Shown piece after piece: positions 8,337 through 18,136 of a DNA stretch of 32,000 nt. Position numbers and translations under genes: made by a program. Where the stretch lies: the NCBI RefSeq assembly GCF_049243625.1, contig NZ_CP046975.1; one strand, 5' to 3'. Numbering within the stretch: position 1 is the stretch's first letter; the number at the start of each line of letters is the position of its first letter. Source of the stretch: Corynebacterium amycolatum. Lineage in GTDB: Bacteria > Actinomycetota > Actinomycetes > Mycobacteriales > Mycobacteriaceae. The notes under the pieces were generated by a model. The model was not told the DNA's origin, did not search any database, and saw nothing but the letters and a program-made list of their open reading frames with translations.

Positions 8337-8610
8337 GAGCAACAAGTCGAGCAACAACAAGTCGAAGAAGCGTGAGCCAGAGCAGCAAAAGGCAGGGCTT
8401 GTTACCCGACTGCTTGCCGACGACCAGCTGCGTAGCGCCATCTGGATGGGCGCTGCGACCTTCCTCGTGTTCTACCTCGGAGCCATGATCATCTTCCGCC
8501 TCCTTCTCCTCGGCGGAGAAGGCTCGCGATACGACAGCATTTTCATCGCCGTCATTGCGCTCATTGCTGCCATTGTGGCAGGCCGGAAGCGCTACAACGA
8601 CGACATTTAG
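8329..8610 (+). CDS. small membrane protein, 93 aa, with a K/S/N-rich N-terminus and two predicted TM helices
   Basis: MSKSNKSSNNKSKKREPEQQK... is followed by two hydrophobic stretches (AIWMGAATFLVFYLGAMIIFRLLLL and IFIAVIALIAAIVAG). The ATG overlaps the cysG stop (gATGAGTAA). The ATG at 8320 is an alternative start. No family was recognised. Confidence 0.5.
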   Translation: MSKSNKSSNNKSKKREPEQQKAGLVTRLLADDQLRSAIWMGAATFLVFYLGAMIIFRLLLLGGEGSRYDSIFIAVIALIAAIVAGRKRYNDDI

Positions 8611-9344
8611 TTTTCCGGGACGCGGAAGATGAGGGCGCCGTCGTCAAGCGAGACGTTGTATCCTGCGGCGCGCGCGATGTCGACGGCCTCTGTGGGGGCG
8701 GTCGGTGCTGTGTCGGAAAGGGCGATGGCACGGGCAAATAGGCCCTTGTAGTGCTTGTTGAAGTGGCTGACGATTTTGCCCTCGGCGGTGAGCACGGTCA
8801 TCGTTGTCGCGGTCTTGACTTTGCCCAAATTGGCGTAGGTGCCGGAACGAAGGTCGATGAGGAAGTCGACATCATTGAGAGCCTCGGTGATGGCGGTGCC
8901 CCAGCGGCGCTTCATCGTGGGAGCTGCGTCGGCAGGCTGATCCGCGAAGGGGAGCTTGACCGTGCCAGAGAGACGGTAGCGGGGGATGAGGTCGTCCCCG
9001 CCAATGACGCCGAAGAGCGCTGATCCGATGGCGAGTCGAGCACGGCCGGTTTCCGGCAGGTCGCTGGGGGAGAGTGCGTCGTAGAGAACCCCCGTATAGC
9101 GCTCGAGAGCCGGCATGGTCGGCGACTCTAGGAGTGCAGCATTAGCTGTGACTTCGTCAGCGAGACGTGGCCCCAGTTTCAGTGTTTCCATCGCGGCTTC
9201 CCTGTTCGCACTTAACGCCACGAGATCGGCTGCAATGTGCTCGCGGATGGAGTTGAGGGAGCCGAAGCTCAGCGAGGAAAAGTCCACTGCGGGATGGCTG
9301 CCACCAGTGGCTTTGGTTTCAGATGGGGGTAGGACTACGAGCAT
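8607..9344 (-). CDS. yaaA: YaaA-family (UPF0246/DUF328) peroxide-stress protein
   Basis: The N-terminus [11 protein letters not shown] matches the family signature (M-hydrophobic-SP/PS-x-K). The length of about 245 aa fits. The ORF stays open up to 9368, so 9368 and 9353 are alternative starts. Confidence 0.75.
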   Translation of the reverse strand: MLVVLPPSETKATGGSHPAVDFSSLSFGSLNSIREHIAADLVALSANREAAMETLKLGPRLADEVTANAALLESPTMPALERYTGVLYDALSPSDLPETGRARLAIGSALFGVIGGDDLIPRYRLSGTVKLPFADQPADAAPTMKRRWGTAITEALNDVDFLIDLRSGTYANLGKVKTATTMTVLTAEGKIVSHFNKHYKGLFARAIALSDTAPTAPTEAVDIARAAGYNVSLDDGALIFRVPEN

Positions 9345-9404
9345 GGGCACCATAGTAATGCCCCGCATGTTGCGAAGAATGATCGACGGGTAAAATCAGC
9401 ATTC

Positions 9405-11177
9405 ATGATTACGCGAATGTCCCAGCTGTTCCTACGCACACTGCGCGAGGATCCTGCTGACGCCGAGGTCCCTAGCCACAAGCTGCTCGTCCGTGCCGGC
9501 TACATCCGGCGAACTGCCCCTGGTGTGTACTCCTGGCTGCCCCTGGGCTTGAAGGTTCTGCGCAACGTAGAGAAGGTTGTGCGCGAGGAGATGGAAGGCA
9601 TTGGCGCACAGGAGCTGGCATTCCCTGCACTGCTCCCGCGTGAACCGTACGAGGCGACGAATCGGTGGACCGAATATGGCCCCGAGCTGTTCCGTCTGAA
9701 GGATCGCAAGGGCGCGGACTACCTGCTGGGGCCGACGCACGAAGAGATGTTCGCGCTGGCTGTCAAGGATCTTTTCAGCTCCTACAAGGATTTCCCGACA
9801 ACGCTGTTCCAGATTCAGACCAAGTACCGCGACGAGGCCCGCCCGCGCGCGGGTATTCTGCGTGGCCGCGAGTTCGTGATGAAGGACTCCTACTCCTTCG
9901 ACATGGACGACGAGGGGCTGGCGAATTCTTATCAGCTGCACCGCGGTGCGTACCAGCGAATTTTTGACCGGCTGGGCATTAAGTACGAAATCTGCCACGC
10001 CACCTCCGGCGCTATGGGCGGTTCGGCCTCCGAGGAGTTCCTGGCTGTTAGCGAAAATGGCGAAGACTCCTTCGTAGTCTCCACCGACGGTGAGTACGCC
10101 GCCAACGTTGAAGCCGTGAGAATCCCGGCAGTCGAACCGCAGCCGATTGAGGGGCAGCCGGAGGCGAAGGTTTACGAGTCTCCGAACTGCACCACCATTG
10201 CAGCGCTTGTTGATTGGGCCAATGGCGCGGACCTCGGATGCGAGGTCACCGCTGCCGATACTTTGAAGTGCGTTCTCGTCGCCGTCGACCCGAAGAAGGT
10301 CGATAAGGAGGGCAACGCCCTGCCGGAACAGCTCACCGCAATCCTGGTTCCCGGTGACCGTGAGGTCGATGAAAAGCGTCTCGAAGTCGCATTTGAACCG
10401 GGTGAGGTGCGCTTGCTGGAGGACAAGGACTTCGCAGCCAATGACTTCCTGATTAAGGGCTACGTCGGCCCGCAGGGGCTCGCTGATCACGGCGTGAAGG
10501 TCCTAGCTGACCCACGCGTAGCGGAGGGCACGAATTGGATTGTGGGCGCCAACGAGGAGGGTAAGCACATCGTCGGTGTGGTCGCCGGTCGCGACTTCCA
10601 GATCGACGGCATTTGCGATGTCGCCGAGGTTCGCGACGGCGATCCGGCACCGGAGGAACACGGCACACTGAAGATTGAGCGAGGCATTGAGATTGGCCAC
10701 ATCTTCCAGTTGGGCCGCAAGTACACCAACGCCTTTGAAATTGACATCCTCGATGTCAACGGTAAGCGTGCTCGTCCGACGATGGGGTCCTACGGCATTG
10801 GTGTGTCCCGTCTGGTTGCTGTCCTCGCAGAACAGCAGTTGGATGAAAAGGGCCTCAAGTGGCCAGTTGCCGCAGCACCGTACAAGGTTCACATCGCTGT
10901 GGCCGGTAAGAACGCCGAAGCAGCTGAGGCCGCTGAACGTCTGGCGGAAGACCTCAGTCAGCAGGGCATTGAGGTGCTTTTCGACGACCGTCCGAAGGTC
11001 AGCCCCGGTGTGAAGTTCAAGGACGCTGAGTTGCTGGGTACGCCGTTTGTGGTCATCTTTGGCCGTGGCTACGCGGACGGCAAGGTGGAGCTGCGTAACC
11101 GCCTGACCAACGAGACCGACGAGGTCGCCGCTGACGGCATTGCAGATCACGTCGCGGAGTTGGTTCGCAAGGCTTAG
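9405..11177 (+). CDS. proS: proline--tRNA ligase (bacterial type with INS editing domain)
   Basis: 590-aa ORF. Class II motifs are visible: [47 protein letters not shown], and [11 protein letters not shown] at the C-terminal end of the catalytic core. Confidence 0.97.
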   Translation: MITRMSQLFLRTLREDPADAEVPSHKLLVRAGYIRRTAPGVYSWLPLGLKVLRNVEKVVREEMEGIGAQELAFPALLPREPYEATNRWTEYGPELFRLKDRKGADYLLGPTHEEMFALAVKDLFSSYKDFPTTLFQIQTKYRDEARPRAGILRGREFVMKDSYSFDMDDEGLANSYQLHRGAYQRIFDRLGIKYEICHATSGAMGGSASEEFLAVSENGEDSFVVSTDGEYAANVEAVRIPAVEPQPIEGQPEAKVYESPNCTTIAALVDWANGADLGCEVTAADTLKCVLVAVDPKKVDKEGNALPEQLTAILVPGDREVDEKRLEVAFEPGEVRLLEDKDFAANDFLIKGYVGPQGLADHGVKVLADPRVAEGTNWIVGANEEGKHIVGVVAGRDFQIDGICDVAEVRDGDPAPEEHGTLKIERGIEIGHIFQLGRKYTNAFEIDILDVNGKRARPTMGSYGIGVSRLVAVLAEQQLDEKGLKWPVAAAPYKVHIAVAGKNAEAAEAAERLAEDLSQQGIEVLFDDRPKVSPGVKFKDAELLGTPFVVIFGRGYADGKVELRNRLTNETDEVAADGIADHVAELVRKA

Positions 11178-12208
11178 AGTCCCGGCAGCGGCTCCAAGTT
11201 GTTGCCACCTAGCGCTGCCACTCCGGCGGCAGCCACGCCAGCTGCCTGCAGTGCGAACATACGTATCCGAGGGTTATTGGCAGCGAGCAATACGTCTTCC
11301 CACGCCTGGGCGCAATAGCGCTCCAACGCAATCATGTAATCGACGGGTGCCGTGTCCGGTGAAGGAGCATCTTCCGGCATATAGCCAGGTGCGCTCTTCG
11401 GCACCTCAACGTCGGAATCCTCCAAAATTAGCCGGGCACGATCGCGCAAAATACGGTGGCGCTCGCCACGAGCCAAAAGAGCAGTAGTGGTATCGCCTCC
11501 GACACGTGGTGCGGCGACGCCAACACCGTAAATCATCATGTATTCGGCTTGCAGTGCCTTAGTCATCTGTTCTCCGGCACCCGAGATTTCATCCCTGTCA
11601 CTGGGAATCAATGGGACAATCTCCTCCCACTTAGCGCCCGCAGCACGCAGAGCGAGGACTATACCGCCATCGACAGCCGTGGCAAGGCGCGCAGTGTGCT
11701 CCTCCCGCAATGCAGTGCGTGAATCCAGAGCCTTCGTCAGTACTGGACTATTTCGCGAGTCCGTGAGCAGTAACTTCGCATCGACACCGGCAGCCAGGGA
11801 TCCTGGGACTGCGACGTCCGAGCCGCATTCATCGACAGGTTTACCGTCCTTGCGGGTACCGCAGGCGCGTGTGATTTCCTTATCCAGTTCGGTGACCTGC
11901 GCGGAGCGCACAGCTGCGAGGTCAGGATCGGCGTCGGTAAGCGAATGTGCATCGCGCGCCGCCAGTGCGTGGAGAACCTCAATGGCGTAATCCGGGCGTG
12001 GTGCCACCAGATGCGAGCACGCGGAGAGCGCGGGAAGTGATCCCACGGCGAGGGCAGCAGCGAGGAAGCCACGGCGCGAGAGAGTGCGAGTGCGACGCGA
12101 TGCGGAAGCAAAACTGGGGGCGGGAGGTTCAACAATCACCTCACTATGGTGCCACGGCGGGCGGCACTTTGTATCAATGCGGTGCGTGGCAAGTGCCCAG
12201 GTGCGCAA
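11174..12208 (-). CDS. Tat-signal lipoprotein with a duplicated ferritin-like (DUF4439-like) domain
   Basis: The twin-arginine motif [13 protein letters not shown] is followed by the lipobox LSAC. The body is Ala-rich with two similar halves ([16 protein letters not shown]..., [15 protein letters not shown]...) resembling DUF4439. The start is uncertain; a GTG at 12139 would give a more normal signal peptide. Confidence 0.6.
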   Translation of the reverse strand: MRTWALATHRIDTKCRPPWHHSEVIVEPPAPSFASASRRTRTLSRRGFLAAALAVGSLPALSACSHLVAPRPDYAIEVLHALAARDAHSLTDADPDLAAVRSAQVTELDKEITRACGTRKDGKPVDECGSDVAVPGSLAAGVDAKLLLTDSRNSPVLTKALDSRTALREEHTARLATAVDGGIVLALRAAGAKWEEIVPLIPSDRDEISGAGEQMTKALQAEYMMIYGVGVAAPRVGGDTTTALLARGERHRILRDRARLILEDSDVEVPKSAPGYMPEDAPSPDTAPVDYMIALERYCAQAWEDVLLAANNPRIRMFALQAAGVAAAGVAALGGNNLEPLPGL

Positions 12209-12240
12209 TTCCTAGCACTTGACCTGTAGACTCTACGACT

Positions 12241-12813
12241 ATGGCGATACCCGCACCCGAGAAAATTGAACAGTTTGTGAGCCCGGCGCTCGCACAAATC
12301 GGCCTGGCTGTGGAAGATGTCAAGGTCGTTCGCGCCGGCGCAAAGTCACAGGTCATTGTGTTGGTTGACGCAGATGAGCGTCCTGACCTCGATGTTCTGG
12401 AACAGGCCACGCATGAAGTATCTTCCGCTCTGGATGCCGCGGAGGCACGTGGCGAAGCCGACTTCGGCGCTCAGGGCTACACCTTGGAAGTTTCCACTCC
12501 TGGTATTGACGCACCGCTGACGCAGCCACGACACTGGCGCCGTAACCGTGGTCGCATTGCGGAAATTTCGCTTGCCGACGGTTCCGCGATTGCAGCCCGC
12601 ATTGGTGCGCTGTCGCCGGATGAAGAATCCATCATTCTCGTTACCTCTAAAGGGCCAAAGGGGCGGTTGAAGGCTGTTGGTCAGCGTGTCCAATTAACCA
12701 ATGTGGCCCGTGCAGTGGTACAAGTTGAATTCTCTAATCCGCCCGCAGCCGAGAAAGATTTTGCGGGACTAGACTATGACGATGCCTTGACCAGGCTGGA
12801 GGATAACAAGTGA
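12241..12813 (+). CDS. rimP: ribosome maturation factor RimP
   Basis: 190-aa ORF directly upstream of nusA and overlapping it. YTLEVSTPGIDAPLTQPRHWRRNRGR is the RimP signature region. Confidence 0.9.
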   Translation: MAIPAPEKIEQFVSPALAQIGLAVEDVKVVRAGAKSQVIVLVDADERPDLDVLEQATHEVSSALDAAEARGEADFGAQGYTLEVSTPGIDAPLTQPRHWRRNRGRIAEISLADGSAIAARIGALSPDEESIILVTSKGPKGRLKAVGQRVQLTNVARAVVQVEFSNPPAAEKDFAGLDYDDALTRLEDNK

Positions 12814-13796
12814 AGATTGAATTAGCTGCCCTGCGAACCTTGGAAAGGGAAAAGGGTATTCCTGTCGACGAAATGCTGGGACTGGTCGCCCGGGCATTGC
12901 GTGAAAGTTACCGTAATACCACCGCACCGGCACAGTATGCGCGCGTCGAAATCGACCGTGAGACCGGTGACGTCATAGTCTTTGCTCAGGAGCGAGACGA
13001 CGAGGGCAATCTCATCTCCGAATGGGACGATACTCCGGAGGACTTTGAGCGTACCGCTGCATTCGCTGTTCGTCAGACCATCCTTTCGCGTCTGCGGGAT
13101 GCGGAAAGCGACAAGGTTCTCGACGAATACGCAGACCTGTCTAACCAGGTCATTTCCGGCGTGGTCCAGCGCGATGTCTATGCCAATGAAAAGGGCATTG
13201 TCGTCGTCCACATCGGTTCGGAGGCCAATGGTCGCGACGGTATTCTGATGCCGGCTGAGCAGCTGCCAGGTGAGGAACTCAAGCACGGTGACCGCATCAA
13301 GTGCTACGTCGTCGGTGTGAACAAGACACCGCGGGGTGTCGCGATTCACCTGTCACGCACGCACCCGGAGCTCATTCGTAAGCTCTTCGAACTTGAAGTT
13401 CCGGAAGTTGCCGATGGGGCAGTGGAATTGATTTCGATTGCACGCGAGGCTGGTCACCGCACCAAGGTTGCTGTACGTCCCACGGTCAAGGGGCTCAACG
13501 CTAAGGGCGCCTGCATTGGGCCGCGCGGTCAGCGTGTGAGCTCGATTATGAATGAGCTCAAGGGCGAGAAGATTGACATCATCGACTACGACGAGGATCC
13601 GGCGAAGTTCGTTGGTAACTCGCTGGCGCCAGCCAAGGTCGTTAGTGTCAAGATTTTAGACATGGATGAGCGCCGTGCACATGTTGTGGTGCCCGACTAC
13701 CAGCTCTCGCTTGCTATCGGCAAGGAGGGACAGAATGCCCGTCTGGCGGCTCGTCTGACCGGCTGGCGAATCGATATCCACTCCGACGCGGAGTAG
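12810..13796 (+). CDS. nusA: transcription termination/antitermination factor NusA
   Basis: 328 aa. The S1 region is [20 protein letters not shown]. The KH domains include [16 protein letters not shown] and [23 protein letters not shown]. The GTG start overlaps the rimP stop (GTGA). Confidence 0.95.
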   Translation: MKIELAALRTLEREKGIPVDEMLGLVARALRESYRNTTAPAQYARVEIDRETGDVIVFAQERDDEGNLISEWDDTPEDFERTAAFAVRQTILSRLRDAESDKVLDEYADLSNQVISGVVQRDVYANEKGIVVVHIGSEANGRDGILMPAEQLPGEELKHGDRIKCYVVGVNKTPRGVAIHLSRTHPELIRKLFELEVPEVADGAVELISIAREAGHRTKVAVRPTVKGLNAKGACIGPRGQRVSSIMNELKGEKIDIIDYDEDPAKFVGNSLAPAKVVSVKILDMDERRAHVVVPDYQLSLAIGKEGQNARLAARLTGWRIDIHSDAE

Positions 13797-13829
13797 ACGC
13801 AACGTCAGCGTCCCAGCGGTTGCGAAAGT

Positions 13830-13870
13830 GGCGGGAAAGTGCCTAGGGGGTTGGCACTTTTCCGCCTTTT
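13830..13870 (+). terminator. intrinsic terminator-like hairpin between nusA and ylxR
   Basis: GGCGGGAAAGTGCC (13830-13843) pairs with GGCACTTTTCCGCC (13853-13866), giving 14 bp with one G.U pair and a 9-nt loop. It is followed by TTTTcgggtt. Confidence 0.55.
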
Positions 13871-13967
13871 CGGGTTATGCTGGGAAGTGGCCAAACGACA
13901 AGGCGTGATTTTTCTATGCGAATTTTCGCGCTGAATTTCTTAGCAGGAAGGTGGGTGCGTCAGGAGT

Positions 13968-14360
13968 ATGACGGCTTCGCGGGTGACAAACCCGAATTCG
14001 ACAACTCATACACCTGCACCCACACGTACCTGTATTGCAACTAAGCAGCGTCGCAATTGCTCGGAGCTGCTGCGCATTGTCGCTACCACCCGTTCAGATG
14101 GCTCAGTAGCCGTCGTTGCTGATCCGCGTCGTCGGATGCAGGGACGAGGTGCCTGGATTACCCCAACACTAAAAGCTTGGGAGATCGCCGACAAGCGCCG
14201 TGCATTTGGCCGCGCACTGAAGGTATCTACGCAGGTAGATGCGTTTCCGGTTAAACAGTTTATCGCCACGCACTACGAAGCGGCGGAGGTTTTCGCCCCC
14301 GCTGGCGATGTGCGTGTCGCTAAGCAGGGAGGCAGGAAAAATGACAACAGAAAGACCTGA
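13968..14360 (+). CDS. ylxR: YlxR/DUF448-family RNA-binding protein
   Basis: It occupies the conserved position between nusA and infB. The family core is RTCIATKQRRNCSELLRIV ... GRGAWI. The start codon is uncertain. Confidence 0.7.
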   Translation: MTASRVTNPNSTTHTPAPTRTCIATKQRRNCSELLRIVATTRSDGSVAVVADPRRRMQGRGAWITPTLKAWEIADKRRAFGRALKVSTQVDAFPVKQFIATHYEAAEVFAPAGDVRVAKQGGRKNDNRKT

Positions 14361-14489
14361 ACACTGATGAGCACACGATGAAGCATCAGCGATGAACGGC
14401 AATAGATAAGAGGGAGCCCTGCAGGCGCTCTCGGTGCGTGGACGAATCCGCCATCGGGCGCTGCTCGGCCCCCACTAGTGAGGAGAGCA

Positions 14490-17387
14490 GTGTCCGGAAA
14501 GCTACGTGTCCATGAGCTCGCTAAGCAGCTCGGGGTCACCAGCAAGGAACTACTCGCCGAGCTGAAGGCTCAGGGCGAGTTTGTTAAGACCGCTTCTTCG
14601 ACGGTGGAACCACCCGTCGTCAGGAAGATGAAGAAGGTCTACGAAGAGAAGAATGCTGGTGCAGGTGCTGACGCGTCTGCACAGACCCCAGCTACGAAGG
14701 CTGCAGCTAAGCCTGCTGCTAAGTCGGGTGCCAAGCCAGCAGCTAAGCCAGGCGCTAAGCCGGCTGCACCAGCGGCGGCAAAGCCGGGTGCCAAGCCAGC
14801 AGCAAAGCCAGGCGCTAAGCCGGCTGCACCAGCGGCGGCAAAGCCAGGTGCCAAGCCAGCAGCAAAGCCAGGCGCTAAGCCGGCTGCACCAGCGGCGGCA
14901 AAGCCAGGTGCCAAGCCAGCAGCAAAGCCAGGCGCTAAGCCGGCTGCACCAGCGGCGGCAAAGCCAGGTGCCAAGCCAGCAGCACCGTCCCGTTCGCCGA
15001 AGCCGGGACAGGAAATGCCACGCCCGCCGAAGCCTGCTGGCCCGAAGCCGGGGCCGAAGCCAGGCGCACGCGCACCGCGTGTGGCGAACAACCCATTCTC
15101 GACCGGCGGATCTTCCCGTCCGGCACCGCGGCCGTCCAACATGCCGCGTCCGCAGGGCGGTCCTGGCCGTCCGGGGCCGAAGCCGGGTGGACGCCAGGGT
15201 GGTCCTCGCCCGCAGGGCGGAAACGGCCGTCCGGGGCCGAAGCCAGGAGCACGTCAGGGTGGCCCGCGTCCACAAGGTGGACAGGGCCGCGGTAATAAGC
15301 CGGGCGGCAATCGCCCGACTCCGGCGATGATGCCTTCGCACCCGAACCCGGGACAGATGCCTGCAAAGGCAAGCCGCGGTGGCGGCGGCGGCTTCGGCGG
15401 CCGTGGTCGCGGCCCGGGTGGTCCGGGTGGTGGACCGCGCGGTGGTCGCGGCGGACGTCGCGGTGGAACTGCAGGTGCATTCGGGCGGCCAGGAGGCGCC
15501 CCGCGTCGCGGACGCAAGTCGAAGCGTCAGAAGCGCAACGAGTACGAGGCGATGCAGGCACCATCCGTGGTGGGTGGCGTCAAGCTGCCTAACGGTAAGG
15601 GCAAGACCATTCGCCTCGCACGCGGCGCATCGTTGTCTGACTTCGCTGAGAAGATCAATGCCGATGCCGCAGCACTGGTTCAGGCATTGTTCAACCTCGG
15701 TGAAATGGTTACGGCAACTGCATCGGTATCCGACGAGACCCTGCAGCTGCTCGGCGACGAGATGGACTACAAGGTCCAGGTTGTTTCGCCAGAGGATGAG
15801 GACCGCGAACTGCTTGAATCCTTCGACCTCCAATTCGGTGAGGATGAAGGCGACGATGAGGACCTGGAACAACGCCCGCCAGTGGTAACTGTGATGGGTC
15901 ACGTCGACCACGGTAAGACGCGCCTGTTGGACACGATTCGTAAGGCCAACGTTGGTGGCCACGAGTCCGGTGGTATTACCCAGCACATCGGTGCCTACCA
16001 GGTGCCGGTGGAGCTCGACGGCGAGAAGCGCAAGGTTACCTTCTTGGATACCCCTGGTCACGAGGCGTTTACCGCCATGCGTGCTCGTGGTGCCAAGTCG
16101 ACCGATATCGCGATTCTGGTTGTTGCAGCTGATGACGGCGTCATGCCGCAGACGGTTGAGGCTATTAACCACGCCAAGGCCGCTGATGTGCCGATTGTCG
16201 TTGCAGTCAACAAGATTGATAAGGAAACTGCAGATCCGCAGAAGATTCGTGGTCAGCTGACTGAATACGGTCTCACTGACGAAGAGTGGGGCGGCGACAC
16301 TATGTTCGTCGATATTTCCGCTAAGCAGGGCCTCAACATCGATCAGCTTCTCGAAGCAGTGCTGTTGACTGCCGACGCTTCGTTGGATTTGCGCGCCAAC
16401 CCGGATATGGACGCTCAGGGTGTCGCCATCGAGGCTCACCTTGACCGCGGCCGTGGTCCGGTGGCAACCGTTATCGTTCAGCGCGGTACGTTGCGCGTCG
16501 GTGACTCCATCGTTGTCGGTGACGCATATGGTCGTGTTCGCCGCATGGTCGATGAGTACGGCAACGACGTCGATGAGGCCGGTCCCTCCCGTCCGGTTCA
16601 GGTGCTCGGCCTGACCTCCGTGCCGGGTGCTGGTGACAACCTCCTGGTTGTTGACGAGGATCGTACGGCCCGCCAGATTGCAGACCGCCGCGACGCACGT
16701 CGTCGTAATGCACTGCAGGCACGTCGTCGCAAGCGCGTCTCCCTGGAGAACCTGGACGAGATCCTGAAGGAGACCAACACCCTCAACCTGATCCTGAAGG
16801 GCGACAACGCCGGTACCGTCGAGGCACTGGAAGAAGCCTTGCTCAAGATTGAGGTCGACGACGAGGTCGCACTGAACATCATCGACCGTGGTGTCGGTGC
16901 TGTTACTCAGACCAACGTCACGCTGGCTGCTGCGTCTGACGCCGTCATCATCGGCTTCAACGTTCGCTCCGAGGGCAAGGCCACCGAGGTTGCCAACGCT
17001 GAGGGCGTTGACATCCGCTACTACACGGTGATTTACCGTGCTATCGAGGATGTCGAGGCTGCTCTGAAGGGCATGCTCAAGCCGGTCTACGAGGAGAAGG
17101 AGATTGGTCGTGCAGAGATTCGCGCCATCTTCAAGTCCTCCGCAGTTGGCCTCATCGCCGGCTGTATGGTCGAGTCCGGCAAGGTCCGCCGCAACGCGAA
17201 GGCTCGCCTGGTTCGTGACGGCAACGTCATTACGGATTCGGCGACTATCGAGTCGCTGAAGCGAGAGAAGGACGATGCTACCGAGGTGGCAGCCGGTTAC
17301 GAGTGCGGTATGGTGCTGTCTTACCCGGACATCCAGGTGGACGACGTTATCGAGGTCTACGAGATGGTCGAGGTTCCGCGCACGTAG
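14490..17387 (+). CDS. infB: translation initiation factor IF-2
   Basis: GTG at 14490 is preceded by GAGGAG 4 nt upstream. The N-terminus [22 protein letters not shown] is typical of actinobacterial IF-2. The G-domain motifs are [13 protein letters not shown] and NKID. The N-terminal region is long, Ala/Pro/Lys-rich and Gly/Arg-rich. Confidence 0.97.
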   Translation: MSGKLRVHELAKQLGVTSKELLAELKAQGEFVKTASSTVEPPVVRKMKKVYEEKNAGAGADASAQTPATKAAAKPAAKSGAKPAAKPGAKPAAPAAAKPGAKPAAKPGAKPAAPAAAKPGAKPAAKPGAKPAAPAAAKPGAKPAAKPGAKPAAPAAAKPGAKPAAPSRSPKPGQEMPRPPKPAGPKPGPKPGARAPRVANNPFSTGGSSRPAPRPSNMPRPQGGPGRPGPKPGGRQGGPRPQGGNGRPGPKPGARQGGPRPQGGQGRGNKPGGNRPTPAMMPSHPNPGQMPAKASRGGGGGFGGRGRGPGGPGGGPRGGRGGRRGGTAGAFGRPGGAPRRGRKSKRQKRNEYEAMQAPSVVGGVKLPNGKGKTIRLARGASLSDFAEKINADAAALVQALFNLGEMVTATASVSDETLQLLGDEMDYKVQVVSPEDEDRELLESFDLQFGEDEGDDEDLEQRPPVVTVMGHVDHGKTRLLDTIRKANVGGHESGGITQHIGAYQVPVELDGEKRKVTFLDTPGHEAFTAMRARGAKSTDIAILVVAADDGVMPQTVEAINHAKAADVPIVVAVNKIDKETADPQKIRGQLTEYGLTDEEWGGDTMFVDISAKQGLNIDQLLEAVLLTADASLDLRANPDMDAQGVAIEAHLDRGRGPVATVIVQRGTLRVGDSIVVGDAYGRVRRMVDEYGNDVDEAGPSRPVQVLGLTSVPGAGDNLLVVDEDRTARQIADRRDARRRNALQARRRKRVSLENLDEILKETNTLNLILKGDNAGTVEALEEALLKIEVDDEVALNIIDRGVGAVTQTNVTLAAASDAVIIGFNVRSEGKATEVANAEGVDIRYYTVIYRAIEDVEAALKGMLKPVYEEKEIGRAEIRAIFKSSAVGLIAGCMVESGKVRRNAKARLVRDGNVITDSATIESLKREKDDATEVAAGYECGMVLSYPDIQVDDVIEVYEMVEVPRT
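14721..14983 (+). repeat. 60-bp in-frame tandem repeat, about 4.4 copies, inside infB (encodes [20 protein letters not shown])
   Basis: Units 14821-14880 and 14881-14940 are identical. Unit 14761-14820 differs by one synonymous base (G at 14786). Unit 14941-14983 is a 43-nt partial copy. Unit 14721-14760 is a 38/40 partial copy. Confidence 0.95.
15157..15291 (+). repeat. second, diverged 60-bp in-frame duplication inside infB ([20 protein letters not shown])
   Basis: 15157-15216 and 15217-15276 align with several substitutions, followed by a partial third unit. Read directly from the sequence. Confidence 0.7.
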
Positions 17388-17419
17388 CAACGTAGGCTAA
17401 ACACTGCGTGAACTTTGAT

Positions 17420-17448
17420 AAGGCGCTCCCTTCGGGGAGCGCCTTTTT
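17420..17448 (+). terminator. strong intrinsic terminator after infB
   Basis: AAGGCGCTCCC - TTCG - GGGAGCGCCTT forms a perfect 11-bp stem with a UUCG tetraloop. It runs into a T5 tract, 33 nt after the infB stop. Confidence 0.85.
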
Positions 17449-17452
17449 GCGT

Positions 17453-18136
17453 ATGGTGCTCGTTATGGGCTTAAAAACTAATCTCTTTGCGCTCTCGGAT
17501 GAGCTGCCGCGAACGAATATTTTGAGTTATCCTCCTGCGAGCGCAGAGGAGACTCTTGCGCAATTGGACAAGATTTGGCCAGGGAAGTTCGCCTTTGATT
17601 CCGAAGTAACCATTGAGGATGGTCATAATTGGTACTTCCACGCGGTAGCGTTTGGGCCAACGCTGCTTTTCGGGACCGACGACGTATACGACCTAATTGA
17701 GGACGCAGCGTTGGCGAATGATCCGCGTGCAAGTTGGTCACTATGCATCAATAGTGTTGTCGATTCGTGCCACTATACGACTCCCACCAGAGAATTAGGG
17801 GCAAGCTGCGAAGACTATGATTTTGACATGCAGCGGTTTTTCAGCTCGGGAAGATTGTTGGATTTCGAGGTACCGTTCGCTAACGGTGAACACGTCGAGG
17901 TACTACATCCGACGGATGTGGCTGAATGGGAACAAACCCATGGCAGCGTAGCGCCCAAGGATAAAAACGGTGAGGTAAGTTATCTTTTTCATCCGCTGGA
18001 GCTAGGTAATGCTGCGGTTAAATGGATTTTCGGTATCGAGGGAGAAACACCATTGCAGGACAGCGTGATGGATTCACTGCCTGACTGTTCTCATGTTAAT
18101 GGGTTACCGATGTACAACTTCGTGGAGCGCCGTTAA
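17453..18136 (+). CDS. hypothetical protein, about 227 aa, acidic and soluble; no family recognised; orphan gene inserted between infB and rbfA
   Basis: This is the only long ORF in a roughly 50% GC segment, where a chance ORF of more than 220 codons is very unlikely. The ORF-track start at 17408 lies inside the infB terminator, so the ATG at 17453 or 17465 is preferred. No clear SD sequence and no recognisable motifs. Confidence 0.5.
   Translation: MVLVMGLKTNLFALSDELPRTNILSYPPASAEETLAQLDKIWPGKFAFDSEVTIEDGHNWYFHAVAFGPTLLFGTDDVYDLIEDAALANDPRASWSLCINSVVDSCHYTTPTRELGASCEDYDFDMQRFFSSGRLLDFEVPFANGEHVEVLHPTDVAEWEQTHGSVAPKDKNGEVSYLFHPLELGNAAVKWIFGIEGETPLQDSVMDSLPDCSHVNGLPMYNFVERR

Noticed and set aside
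12219-12241. Possible leaderless rimP mRNA, with TAGACT at 12227-12232 acting as a -10 element 8 nt before the ATG.
   Set aside because: The hexamer is weak, there is no recognisable -35 or extended -10, and the spacing is only roughly right. The support is too thin to call without TSS data.
14721-14983. Regular 60-bp repeats considered as a possible CRISPR array or minisatellite outside genes.
   Set aside because: The units abut directly with no spacers. They are in frame and lie inside the infB reading frame, encoding an Ala/Pro/Lys repeat. This is a coding tandem repeat, not a CRISPR array.
14550-17390. 946-aa ORF on the minus strand covering all of infB. Similar long antisense ORFs occur at 1855-3108 (opposite mqo), 9432-10490 and 10503-11150 (opposite proS), 25639-27312 (opposite pnp), 5271-5915 (opposite cobO) and 23352-24119 (opposite ribF).
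   Set aside because: These are typical high-GC artefacts. They mirror a well-supported gene on the other strand and have Arg/Leu/Val/Gly-dominated low-information sequences with no motifs. The sense-strand proteins carry unambiguous family signatures.
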